A stretch of 64,000 nucleotides of DNA, taken from contig CAWDEM010000008.1 in NCBI GenBank assembly GCA_963801355.1, positions 2,464,001 to 2,528,000 of the forward strand. Reading direction: 5' to 3'. The position numbers were made by a program, and so were the translations under genes. The notes below the pieces were generated by a model, which saw only the letters and a list, made by a program, of their open reading frames with translations, was not told where the DNA came from and did not search any database. Source of the stretch: Ignavibacteriota bacterium (lineage in GTDB: Bacteria; Bacteroidota; Ignavibacteria; UBA10030; UBA6906). Every line of letters starts with the position of its first letter. The first letter of the stretch is position 1. This document shows, piece after piece, positions 21,003-30,155 of the stretch.

Positions 21003-21958
21003 AGTGTGAGTACTGAAGCAGAAAAAGACTGAAGACGCCGGCCGGTCTCAGACCGCACCGCCTCCCGTCGTGCCCGATCCAGCAGGAAGTACGGCACGCC
21101 CTCCCGGCGCACGGTGATCAAGGCGGCCAGAAGAAGTTTTGACGGAAGCGGAACGTGCGCCCTTCGCTCGAACACCTGGTAGTCATTTGCTTCGATGGCG
21201 CGAAGGATGCGGCTGTAGAGATCGCTCATCAGCCTGACGCAGTACCGCGAGCCATCATCGGGCAGCAACGCGATTCCCCGGTTTGCCTTCGCGTAAAAAT
21301 CGCGGGCCCGGGAGATCTGGAACCGCATGAAGTCACGGAACGCTGAAGTCACCCGGCGGCCGCGAAGATCGTCCTCCGTGACCCCCCACTCATCCATTTC
21401 GCAGGACGGGAGGTAGATCCGGTGCATACGGAGATCTTCACCGACGTCGCGCAGGATATTCGTGAGCTGCATGGCCGTCCCCAGATCCTCGGCATACGGC
21501 AGCGCATCATCGCTGTCAGGTTGCAGGATCTTGGTCATCATAAGCCCGACCACGGACGCCACATGATAACAATAGGTCCTCAGATCTTCGAACGTCCGCG
21601 GGCGCATTCCTGCAATATCCATCGCCACGCCATCGATCAGGTCGAGGAGATATTCTTTCGGAATACCGAACGTGTGCACAGTTTCCTGCAGAACCGGCAG
21701 AGGTGTTGTCCCGTGATCACCGGCGAAGACTTCCTCCACCCGGCGCCGCATCAGCTGCAGACGGACGGAAGAGGAGGAGGGGTCTGCGGTTTCATCGGCG
21801 ATGTTGTCCACCAGCCTGCAGAAGGAGTACAGTGCATAGGCCGCCTTCCGCTTTCCCGGGGGCAAGGCAAAAGACGCAAAATAGAATGTCCTTGCGTAGC
21901 GGCGCGTTATTGCGCGGGCATCCTCCTGGGTCGTCACAGGATTTTCCTCAACCCTCAT
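20999..21958 (-). CDS. crtB: Phytoene synthase
   Basis: TFYFAS, YSFCRLVDNIAD, YCYHVASVVG, AMQLTNILRDVGED, RIYLP. Confidence 0.93.
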   Translation of the reverse strand: MRVEENPVTTQEDARAITRRYARTFYFASFALPPGKRKAAYALYSFCRLVDNIADETADPSSSSVRLQLMRRRVEEVFAGDHGTTPLPVLQETVHTFGIPKEYLLDLIDGVAMDIAGMRPRTFEDLRTYCYHVASVVGLMMTKILQPDSDDALPYAEDLGTAMQLTNILRDVGEDLRMHRIYLPSCEMDEWGVTEDDLRGRRVTSAFRDFMRFQISRARDFYAKANRGIALLPDDGSRYCVRLMSDLYSRILRAIEANDYQVFERRAHVPLPSKLLLAALITVRREGVPYFLLDRARREAVRSETGRRLQSFSASVLTL

Positions 21959-22851
21959 GACGCTTCACCTGATGTCGACTGGTGTGCCAGAAAATCAAGA
22001 AGATCGTGCGCAGAGGAGAGCACCGCATGCACCGACGGGAATTCCCGCACGCTCTCTGGCACACCGGCTCCTCCAACGAGGATGGTAGCACCCACGCCGT
22101 GTGCGGTCACGCTCAACCGGCGAAGGTCATCAAGGGAGCGTTGCGACTCATCCATGGTCGTCATCGAAAGCGCGAGTATGCTCGGGCGCAACTCTTCCAC
22201 TGCACGCGTGACTGCGGCCGCCGGAGTACGCGCCCCTATATAGTGGGTACACCACCCTTCGGCCTCGAAAACGTAGGATACCGTGCGGAGCCCGATTTCG
22301 TGCAGTTCCTCCCCTATGCAGGCCAGCACCACCGACTTCCCGATGGCGGGTTTGATGAAAATCCCCCCCTGCAGCCGGGCCAGAGCATCCAGCACCTCGT
22401 ACGAGGCCCGGTGCTCCTGGTTGATACCGATCTCAGCGCGCTCCAACAACACGCCGATCTCGGCCATCCCGGGCCGCAGGATGCTGTCGTAGATTTCCCA
22501 GAGTGCAGTCCGGTGTTCGTAGAGATACGAAAAGAACACGGAGAGGTCTGTGCGATCCGGAGAAAGCGCTTTTTCCAGAAAGACCCTGGTAAGTGCCCGG
22601 AAGTCCCTCGCAATGACGGCCATCTGAATCGTGGTACCCTGATTGTCATCCCCGGGGAGGGACAGGACGCCGACAGTCTCGCACTTGTTCCGCTCGGCGA
22701 ATTCGATGACGTCGCGCATGGGAAATTTCCTGTGCCCGCCGGGAGTCTTGTGGCAGTGCAGGGTCCCTTCGTCCGCCCACCGCTTCACCGTTGTTTCGGT
22801 GACGTCGAAGAGGCGCGCAACATCTACTGTGGAGAGTATGGTTTTTCGCAC
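21955..22851 (-). CDS. MerR-like HTH + cobalamin-binding regulator (CarH/LitR-like)
   Basis: HTH with TPGGHRKF, QEH motif, EELHEIGL (ExHxxG), YIGARTP. Confidence 0.88.
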   Translation of the reverse strand: MRKTILSTVDVARLFDVTETTVKRWADEGTLHCHKTPGGHRKFPMRDVIEFAERNKCETVGVLSLPGDDNQGTTIQMAVIARDFRALTRVFLEKALSPDRTDLSVFFSYLYEHRTALWEIYDSILRPGMAEIGVLLERAEIGINQEHRASYEVLDALARLQGGIFIKPAIGKSVVLACIGEELHEIGLRTVSYVFEAEGWCTHYIGARTPAAAVTRAVEELRPSILALSMTTMDESQRSLDDLRRLSVTAHGVGATILVGGAGVPESVREFPSVHAVLSSAHDLLDFLAHQSTSGEAS

Positions 22852-22873
22852 GGGCTACACCATTAGTGGTACA

Positions 22874-24358
22874 TCAGGCTGCAAAATCCTGAAGGATACA
22901 TTTTTCCGTGGCTTCTGCGCCGAGCAGCACACCCGGCACGCCTCCGCCCGGATGCGTACCCGCCCCTACAAAGTAGAGCCTCTGCACGACTTCGCTCCGG
23001 TTGTGCGGGCGGAACAGTGCGCTCTGGGTGAGACGGGGTTCGATGCTGAACGCATTGCCGAGGTGAGCATTCAGTTCGTTCTTGAAATCTTCCGGCGTGA
23101 ACATTTCCAGCACCTCGATGTTCTCACGAAAATCTCTGAGGCCGAAGTCTTCATCGAGAAACTTCAGAACCCGGTCGCGCAACGGCCCGGAGGCCTTCGC
23201 CCAGTCGATGCCGGCTCCCAGATGCGGTACCGGAATCAACAGATACATGCTGTCGGATCCCGCGGGAGCCATGGAAGGGTCGGTCCGCGTCGGCACATGC
23301 AGGTACATCGAGAAGTCCTCCGGAAGACGCTTGCGATCGAAGATATCTCTTACCAGTTCACGATACCTTTCGCTGAGGATGAGTGTATGATGCTTCAACT
23401 CCGGATACTGCTTCTTCACGCCGATGTACAGAAGGAAGCAGCTCATGGAGATGTGCAGGCGGTCGATCGCGCGATCTGACCAGCGCCGGCGCCGGTGCTC
23501 GGGCCGGACCAGGTGCTTATACACCCACGGGACATCACCATTGGACACCACTGCATCCGCCGCGTGCACTTCTCCGTGCACACGGACACCCGTCGCGCGT
23601 CCGTTCTGCACGACAATCTCTTCTACCTCAGCATTGGTGTGGATCGTGCCACCCAATTCCTTGAACAGCCGTTCGAATGCCCGGACAAGGCTGTACATAC
23701 CGCCCATGGCAAACCAGACACCCGCCTCACGCTCAAGATATGGGATCATGGCGTAGATGCTGGGTGCGCGGAACGGCGAACCGCCGATGAAGAGCGGATG
23801 AAAGGAAAAGGCAAACCGGTTGCGTTCATCCCGGAAGTATTTGCTTGCGAAATCATACACCGGACGCAGACTCCCGAGGGCAAGAGCACGTGGAGCGAAC
23901 GAAAGGAACGCCTTCCACGTGAGAAATGGCGTACTTCCCAATCCCTCCGTGATGACGGCATCGTAGATGGGTTTCACGTCTGCAAAGAACCGGTCGTAGT
24001 TGCGCGCATCTTCTGGATTGAAGCGCGCCATCTGCTCTTTCATCCTGTCGGGGCTCCCGACATAATCCAGGTATGTCTTGTCGTGAAAGTAGAGCCGGTA
24101 AAAGGGGTCCAGCGGCACAAGGGTGAGATAGTCTTTCATCGATCTCCCTGCCGCTTTAAAGACACTGTCGATGATGAATGGCGCGGTGATCAGGGAAGGC
24201 CCCATGTCAAAAGTATAACCGTCCCGAACAAACTGGTACGCACGACCGCCAACCCGGGGGCGCTTTTCGAAGACTGTGACCTCGAAGCCCCTCGACTGGA
24301 GCCGGATCGCCTCCGCCAACCCCCCAAAACCTGAACCAATTAAGGCTATTGTCCTCAT
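22874..24358 (-). CDS. crtI: Phytoene desaturase
   Basis: GSGFGGL, GGRAY, FDMGPSLIT, YFVGAGTHPGGGVPGV. Confidence 0.94.
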   Translation of the reverse strand: MRTIALIGSGFGGLAEAIRLQSRGFEVTVFEKRPRVGGRAYQFVRDGYTFDMGPSLITAPFIIDSVFKAAGRSMKDYLTLVPLDPFYRLYFHDKTYLDYVGSPDRMKEQMARFNPEDARNYDRFFADVKPIYDAVITEGLGSTPFLTWKAFLSFAPRALALGSLRPVYDFASKYFRDERNRFAFSFHPLFIGGSPFRAPSIYAMIPYLEREAGVWFAMGGMYSLVRAFERLFKELGGTIHTNAEVEEIVVQNGRATGVRVHGEVHAADAVVSNGDVPWVYKHLVRPEHRRRRWSDRAIDRLHISMSCFLLYIGVKKQYPELKHHTLILSERYRELVRDIFDRKRLPEDFSMYLHVPTRTDPSMAPAGSDSMYLLIPVPHLGAGIDWAKASGPLRDRVLKFLDEDFGLRDFRENIEVLEMFTPEDFKNELNAHLGNAFSIEPRLTQSALFRPHNRSEVVQRLYFVGAGTHPGGGVPGVLLGAEATEKCILQDFAA

Positions 24359-24453
24359 CTCATCCGATTAATGCGATTTGTTCGTTTCAATACACAGATT
24401 AACACAAGACCCTGGATTATGGTTCCCACCACAATCAAATCGGACAGAAAAAG

Positions 24454-25803
24454 TCAGCGAATATCATCCACAATGAGAAAAGTGACCTTTCCGGGCCGTA
24501 TGGTCACGGTTCTGGAGGGGATCCGGAAAGCCTGGTCGGTTGAGGTGACGGTAGCACTATATGACCCGGGCCCCAGTTCCATTCTGGCAAGCTGGATTTG
24601 AGCGGGTAATGTGCGCCACGACCGGACATCCGCCCGTTCGGTCGCACCGACGGCGGCGTCAATGGCAAGTGAGCCGAGGAAGTTGACGAGATCGCTGTTG
24701 GTTTGCTCTTTGAGTTTAGCTTTCGCCGCCTCGGCTGCAAAGAGTTTGATGAGCGCCCGCCCGCCGCTCTTGAGATACACCAGGGCCAGGCGATCTTCGA
24801 GGGTACAGTCCGCGATTGCCGTGATATCCTCAGCGACTGTCGTTTGCGCGTGCACCACATCCACCGAATCGCCGGCGATGCGCACATCGACATCATACGC
24901 GCGCGCGATTCGCATCCGCGGCGTGAACTTCGGCAGTGCGATCTGGAATGTGTGCACAATCCCTGCACTATCGGCAACGGAAACAGCCGGCCGGATCTCC
25001 GTCTTGAGAGGTGCCCGCCCCGCATAGGCAACAACGATGAGACTCCCCCACAGCCCTTCAGTGGTCGCGGTATCTACTCCTCCCAGAGCGCGGTATTTCT
25101 CGTACTCATCCGTGAACGAAAGCCGCTTCGCGGTCCGCACCAGATCCTTCAGCAAAAACGGCGGCGCCTCCGTACCGTACAGACGCGTATACGTCGCATA
25201 CGCATCGTACGCCTTCGAGTACGAAATAAACGCATCATTTAGTTCGCCCCCTGATTCGTACAGCGCCCCGGCAAGATACCGGGCAAAGGCATCTTCCTGG
25301 TACTTGTTCTTCCCTTCGTAGAGGCGGGCGAATTCGCGCAGCTTCAGATCAACTTTGCGGACTTCCACAAGAGCCTCATCGGGGAGTCCCTGCTCCGCAA
25401 AGTTCAGCGCGAGGAAGACGTTGATCAGTACCCTCTCAAAATCCTCTCCGTCGTACGGAAGAACAGTGTCGTTCAGCAGCATCGACATTGCCGAGAGGGA
25501 AACACTCCTGGTATAGAGATCCTCAATCTCCCGTTCCGCGGCGAGCAGATAGGCCGACGAGGAGTCACTCATCCCGGCATAGTGATACAGGAGACCGAGA
25601 TCGAGTTTGTACAGGACAGAGCTCTTGTCGCCGTAGGCGTCGCGGTGGGTGGCAACGGTGTGTATGGCGTCCGGATACCTCCCGGCGCTGATCTCTTCCT
25701 CCAGCGAGAGGTACAATCCGGTCGACGAACCACACCCGGTCAGGAAAAGAAAAAGCGCCGGAGCTACGGACCACGGCGCTTTGGAAAAATACACTCGTGC
25801 CAT
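24454..25803 (-). CDS. COG3014-like TPR lipoprotein
   Basis: Lipobox LTGC; YDGEDFE, ALVEVRK and ADVRSWRTLP motifs; adjacent to lpoB-like gene. Confidence 0.75.
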   Translation of the reverse strand: MARVYFSKAPWSVAPALFLFLTGCGSSTGLYLSLEEEISAGRYPDAIHTVATHRDAYGDKSSVLYKLDLGLLYHYAGMSDSSSAYLLAAEREIEDLYTRSVSLSAMSMLLNDTVLPYDGEDFERVLINVFLALNFAEQGLPDEALVEVRKVDLKLREFARLYEGKNKYQEDAFARYLAGALYESGGELNDAFISYSKAYDAYATYTRLYGTEAPPFLLKDLVRTAKRLSFTDEYEKYRALGGVDTATTEGLWGSLIVVAYAGRAPLKTEIRPAVSVADSAGIVHTFQIALPKFTPRMRIARAYDVDVRIAGDSVDVVHAQTTVAEDITAIADCTLEDRLALVYLKSGGRALIKLFAAEAAKAKLKEQTNSDLVNFLGSLAIDAAVGATERADVRSWRTLPAQIQLARMELGPGSYSATVTSTDQAFRIPSRTVTIRPGKVTFLIVDDIR

Positions 25804-25815
25804 TGCGGGGCGGCG

Positions 25816-26427
25816 TTAGAATTTTGACCCGCTCTGTTCAACCAGCTTCTTGATCTTCTTTTCGCCGATCCAGGCTTTCTTGTTCGTCTCAATATTGACG
25901 AGTTCGAGGTTCACCTGGTAGAATTTCACCCGTGCCCCACCGTCCTGATCGATGATCGACGTGATGTCACCACTCAACATGAAGTCCGCCCCCGTTTCTT
26001 GCTGGAACTTCTTGAGTGATTCGGGGGTCGAGAACTCCTGCTGATCGGTCCGCTCATCCCGGACCTCACTCCGTTCCTCCTTGTTCGCGACGAATTCCAC
26101 GCGCCCGGAATTGATCAGCTCGCGTTCCAGATTTTTCGTGAATGCGGTGGAGGCGATATGCTCGGACGACCGGTTGCGCACACTGCCGACGATGATGACC
26201 GGTGTGCGCTTCTTGTCCGATTTGAATTCGCCAAGCCATGGCCGGTCCAGGACATCCTTGATCATTTCCTCGGCCACCTGGCGTGAATCAGTGTCATTCC
26301 AATCGCCGCTCAGGTCAATTGCCTGATCGGGGTCCACGCGCGTCACCGTCCGTGACTCCCCACAACCCGCAACCAGGACGGCGAGCGCCGCAACCCCCAC
26401 GAGTGCCAACAGACGAATAGATCCCAA
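25816..26427 (-). CDS. Penicillin-binding protein activator LpoB-family lipoprotein
   Basis: TTG start with GGAGGAGG SD; lipobox VAGC; DLSGDWNDTD, VRNRSSEHI, GADFML.G.I. Confidence 0.82.
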   Translation of the reverse strand: MGSIRLLALVGVAALAVLVAGCGESRTVTRVDPDQAIDLSGDWNDTDSRQVAEEMIKDVLDRPWLGEFKSDKKRTPVIIVGSVRNRSSEHIASTAFTKNLERELINSGRVEFVANKEERSEVRDERTDQQEFSTPESLKKFQQETGADFMLSGDITSIIDQDGGARVKFYQVNLELVNIETNKKAWIGEKKIKKLVEQSGSKF

Positions 26428-26476
26428 GAATCCTCCTCCAGGTCACTGAGACTGAATACGGGAAAATCCCGGAGGA

Positions 26477-26505
26477 AAGATACTAAACCGGACGGGAATC
26501 GTCAA
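26477..26505 (-). promoter_or_regulatory. sigma70-type promoter for lpoB-like operon
   Basis: TTGACG-N17-TATCTT. Confidence 0.55.
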
Positions 26506-26515
26506 CACCGTGACA

Positions 26516-26869
26516 TCAATTCACACCAAGCACGTCTTTGATGGCATCCTTGAACGCCTGCTTGGGGAGTGCCCCCATGGCCATTTGTGGCTTCCCTTCC
26601 CTGGGAACAAAGAGGATGGAGGGTATGCTCCGGATGCCGAACATGGAGGCAAGATCCTGCTGATCTTCAGTATCGACCTTGTAGACATTGATCTTCCCGG
26701 CGTACTCCTTCGAAAGCTCCTCAAGCACCGGGGCCACCATCTTGCACGGACCACACCAGTCCGCATAGAAGTCGATGATACAGGGGAGCTCGCCTCCGAA
26801 TTTCCAGTCTTTGTTGTTCTCAAAATCAAAGACTTTGGTGCGAAAAGTCTCCTTTGTGAGATGTTCCAT
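26516..26869 (-). CDS. trxA: Thioredoxin
   Basis: DFYADWCGPCK, GIRSIP; start MEHLTK. Confidence 0.93.
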   Translation of the reverse strand: MEHLTKETFRTKVFDFENNKDWKFGGELPCIIDFYADWCGPCKMVAPVLEELSKEYAGKINVYKVDTEDQQDLASMFGIRSIPSILFVPREGKPQMAMGALPKQAFKDAIKDVLGVN

Positions 26870-26964
26870 TGAGGTCCGCCTTTCCGTTGATGGTGCCTGC
26901 CTCGAAATACCGTCTCTGTTCTTTGTTGATAAGATGCATGGCACCGCCGGCAAGGGTCAGGCCC

Positions 26965-27189
26965 CTAATTGTTCACGGCTGCCGCCGCCTCGTCGACCGC
27001 TTGCCGGAATTGTTCGATACTCTCCTTAAACACGCGAACAGTCACACGTGTCTTCTTGTCCCCGTCATCCAGGCGATTCTCCGTGATGGTGAGGTATTTC
27101 TTGCCGTTTTTGGCCTCTTTCACATCGATGAAATAGGTCGTCCGGCCGGAGCGGACCATGCTGGAGAACAACGCTTCATCTGTTGCCAT
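26965..27189 (-). CDS. DUF3276 / PUR-family ssDNA/RNA-binding protein
   Basis: TYFIDVKE...YLTITE...VFKE single PUR repeat. Confidence 0.82.
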   Translation of the reverse strand: MATDEALFSSMVRSGRTTYFIDVKEAKNGKKYLTITENRLDDGDKKTRVTVRVFKESIEQFRQAVDEAAAAVNN

Positions 27190-27299
27190 AGAGACCTCCC
27201 GTGCTGGTGAGTGATAGTGAGAGACCGTTTCCGCGGTTTACCATATCTACAGGCGGGAGTGCGTTTTTTCGACTGCGGAGGAAAAAAACCGGATCGCTG

Positions 27300-27992
27300 T
27301 CAGGTGCTCTTGCGACCTTCCGGGGAATCTTCGGTGTGTATATCAATAATATGCAGATCCGCAGCGTAGGATTTGGAGTTCACCCGGGTGAGTGACTGTG
27401 CCTTGCGGATGAGGCTCTCGATGCGCAGAAGCTCCGATCCCATGGCCGCAAGGTCACGAACGAGTTCGGGCAGGTTTTCCCGGTTGGCCAGCAGAAGGCT
27501 GTGCTCCTGGAGCAGCTTGGCCGCCGCAAGCGGATTGCCGATTTCATGGGCGACCGCCCCGGCCATCTCCAGCACAGTCGTTTTGCGGATCTGTTCCGCG
27601 AGCTCACGTTCGAGTGCGCGGGTGCGGAAGCCCACCCCGATGCGAGCGACCAACTCCGCATTGTCAAAGGGCTTCGTCAGGTAGTCGTCAGCCCCTTCGC
27701 GAATACCGCGAACGATGTCCGCCCGGCCGCTCCGCGCGGTCACCATGATAGTGTACCGGTTCTTGTGCTCCGGCGACGATCGCATCCGCCGCAGCAGGCT
27801 GATGCCATCCGAGCCGGGGAGGTTCCAGTCCAGAATCAGGACCTCAGGTCCTTGCGCTACCATCACATCCCAGGCTTTCGTGCAGTTTGTGGCGGTGAAG
27901 ACCGCGTGTCCTTCCGCCCTGAGGAGTGCAACGACACCGGTGAGAAAATCCGGATCGTCATCGACGACAAGAATCGATTGCTGCTCTTCCAT
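27300..27992 (-). CDS. Receiver domain + HisKA (DHp) protein lacking HATPase
   Basis: VVDDD, ILDWNLP, DYLTKPF; H-box AHEIGNPL; ends without N/G boxes. Confidence 0.82.
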   Translation of the reverse strand: MEEQQSILVVDDDPDFLTGVVALLRAEGHAVFTATNCTKAWDVMVAQGPEVLILDWNLPGSDGISLLRRMRSSPEHKNRYTIMVTARSGRADIVRGIREGADDYLTKPFDNAELVARIGVGFRTRALERELAEQIRKTTVLEMAGAVAHEIGNPLAAAKLLQEHSLLLANRENLPELVRDLAAMGSELLRIESLIRKAQSLTRVNSKSYAADLHIIDIHTEDSPEGRKST

Positions 27993-28004
27993 CTCATTCT
28001 TTCG

Positions 28005-29039
28005 TTACAGAGAGACGTACCTTTTCCGGATGACAGGGATCAGATATTCCTCAAACGCGCGATGTTCGTCATAGGCAGGCATGAATCCCCAATCCCTCCG
28101 TGCGGCGGAATCATCAACATCCTCCGGCCACGTGTCGACAATTGCCTGACGCTTGTCATCCGGCGAAAAGCGGATCTCGGCATCAGGAAATGCACGGAGC
28201 ACGATTGCCCGTATCTCTCCCGCTGACGGACTGAAGCTACCGATGTTGTACACACTGCGGGAGAGGTCTTTCAAGGGGGCCGAGTGCAGTGCCAGCAGGG
28301 CCGTAATGGCATCGGGCATGGCCATAAATGGAATGCGCACATCCTGCCGGACAAAGCACGCGTAGCTCTTCCCCTGCGCCGCGGCGTGAAGCATCTCGGG
28401 CGCGTAATCACTGGTCCCCCCGCTCGGGATGGTGACCGCCGAGATCAGGCCGGGAAACCTGATCGCGCGGAAATCCACACCCGCTTTCTCCGCATCGGCA
28501 GCCAGCTGACGGTAATGCCTTGTGTAGTACCGGCCGAGGTGCTCGCAGTACAACTTGTTGCAGCCGTACATCGTGATCGGCTGATTCCACTCATGCTCTT
28601 TGACTTTCCCGGCTTTCCGCTTGATCTCAAGAGAAGGAACCCCGTAAACGGCAATAGAGCTCGGGAACATGAACTGGACCGGCGCGCCCTGCCAGCGGGA
28701 TTGCTCAATCGCAAGCTTGAGCAGATACATCGTCCCTTCGACGTTCACCCGGTGGGCGGCTTCGGGCATGAACTCAGCACGGGTGGACAGCAATGCTGCC
28801 AGATGATAGATGGTATGGATTTCGTATTCACTCGCCAGACGCTCCATCAGCCGCACATCAAGGATGTCTCCCACCAGTGTCGCACCGCACTTTGCCTTGA
28901 TCCCGTCATCGACGGGCCGCACGTCGATGGCGATGATGTTCTGATTTCCCTGACTTGCCAGACGTTCAATCAGCCCGTGACCCATTTCGCCGTTTGCACC
29001 GGTAATGAGTGTCGCAGGGGTGCGGATGTGGTCGGTCAT
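28005..29039 (-). CDS. SDR-type L-threonine 3-dehydrogenase-like NAD-dependent epimerase/dehydratase
   Basis: TGANGEMG, YHLAALLS, PSSIAVYG, YGCNK, GGTSDYA. Confidence 0.8.
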   Translation of the reverse strand: MTDHIRTPATLITGANGEMGHGLIERLASQGNQNIIAIDVRPVDDGIKAKCGATLVGDILDVRLMERLASEYEIHTIYHLAALLSTRAEFMPEAAHRVNVEGTMYLLKLAIEQSRWQGAPVQFMFPSSIAVYGVPSLEIKRKAGKVKEHEWNQPITMYGCNKLYCEHLGRYYTRHYRQLAADAEKAGVDFRAIRFPGLISAVTIPSGGTSDYAPEMLHAAAQGKSYACFVRQDVRIPFMAMPDAITALLALHSAPLKDLSRSVYNIGSFSPSAGEIRAIVLRAFPDAEIRFSPDDKRQAIVDTWPEDVDDSAARRDWGFMPAYDEHRAFEEYLIPVIRKRYVSL

Positions 29040-29094
29040 GGAACGTGTTCCTTATGGGCGTGACGGTCACACAAAACGCGGGGTGGGAAGGGTT

Positions 29095-29529
29095 CTACCT
29101 TCCCCCTCGCAGTTGCTGGTTCAGGCGGGAGCGTGTTCCTCCGGGAGGAAGCTTGCCGCGCTTTTCGGGAGGCGTGATAAGATAGGTTAGCCACTCTTTC
29201 ATCTCTTCGACCGGACGGGCCTTGCGCAGGAAACCTTCGTAGCGGGGATCCTGCACTGCATCCAGCGTATGTTGATCGTCGAATGCCGATACGAAGAGAA
29301 ATGGCAGTGTCGCGTACTCCGGCAGCGCCCGCACTGCCCGATGAAAACGGATCCCATCCATGAGGGGCATGTAGATATCAGAAATGACGAAGTCAATATG
29401 AGACTCTTTCAGCTTCTTGAGCCCATCTTCGCCGTTTTCCGCCAGGACAACGTCGTGCTTGAGATCCTTCAAGACACTCCTGAGCACAAGCCTGTATGCC
29501 GGCTCATCATCAACGACAAGGATTGTCAT
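29095..29529 (-). CDS. Single-domain response regulator
   Basis: VVDDE, ISDIYMP, FVSA, LRK. Confidence 0.85.
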   Translation of the reverse strand: MTILVVDDEPAYRLVLRSVLKDLKHDVVLAENGEDGLKKLKESHIDFVISDIYMPLMDGIRFHRAVRALPEYATLPFLFVSAFDDQHTLDAVQDPRYEGFLRKARPVEEMKEWLTYLITPPEKRGKLPPGGTRSRLNQQLRGGR

Positions 29530-29559
29530 AGGAGAACCTCCACTGGTCGAAGAAGGACG

Positions 29560-30006
29560 TTAGTGCTTCGCGGCACAGCCGGCCTCTTCAGCACCGGCAC
29601 ATTTCTTCGCACAGCCTTCCATGGCCTTCCCTTCACAGTTCTTCATGCACTCTTCCTTGGTCTTCCCCTCACAGTTCTTCATGCACTCTTCCTTGGTCTT
29701 CCCCTCACAATTCTTCATGCACTCTTCCATGGTCTTCCCCTCACAGGCTCCGCCCACGGCATGCTTCTTCGCGTGCATTGCACCGGACACCGCAGCCTTT
29801 TTCTCCAATGCCATCCCGCACTTCGTGCATTTGCCCGGTTTGTCTGATGTTACGTCCGAATGCATCGGGCACACGTACTTGTCCGTCGCCTGCGGGGCGA
29901 CCACCTGGGTCTTCTGCTGTTTCGTTGTTCCGGTGGTCTGGGCAACGGTGCTGAACACAACACAACCGGCAAGTGCAACAACGGCGAGGCCAATTCCGAC
30001 TTTCAT
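29560..30006 (-). CDS. Exported heavy-metal-binding-domain protein with Cys-rich repeat tail
   Basis: Signal peptide; YVCPMH...PGKCTKCGMAL; repeated CEGKTxEECMKN. Confidence 0.8.
   Translation of the reverse strand: MKVGIGLAVVALAGCVVFSTVAQTTGTTKQQKTQVVAPQATDKYVCPMHSDVTSDKPGKCTKCGMALEKKAAVSGAMHAKKHAVGGACEGKTMEECMKNCEGKTKEECMKNCEGKTKEECMKNCEGKAMEGCAKKCAGAEEAGCAAKH
29603..29746. repeat. Intragenic 36-bp tandem repeat x4
   Basis: ttcttcatgcactcttccttggtcttcccctcacag unit, three near-identical copies plus one degenerate. Confidence 0.9.
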
Positions 30007-30155
30007 GTTCTAATCCTTCGTAGGATGGGGGAATATGTTGTTGGATGTCAAGTGAGTACAATGTACGACTTCATCATCTTACACGCAACAAGCCGCAAGC
30101 AGACCATGTGCACGGGCTCCGGGAGTCCGTCGGAACTCCGTGCCCATGGTGACTA

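Noticed and set aside
29603-29746. 36-bp repeats as a CRISPR array
   Set aside because: No spacers, in-frame 12-aa coding repeat, no cas genes
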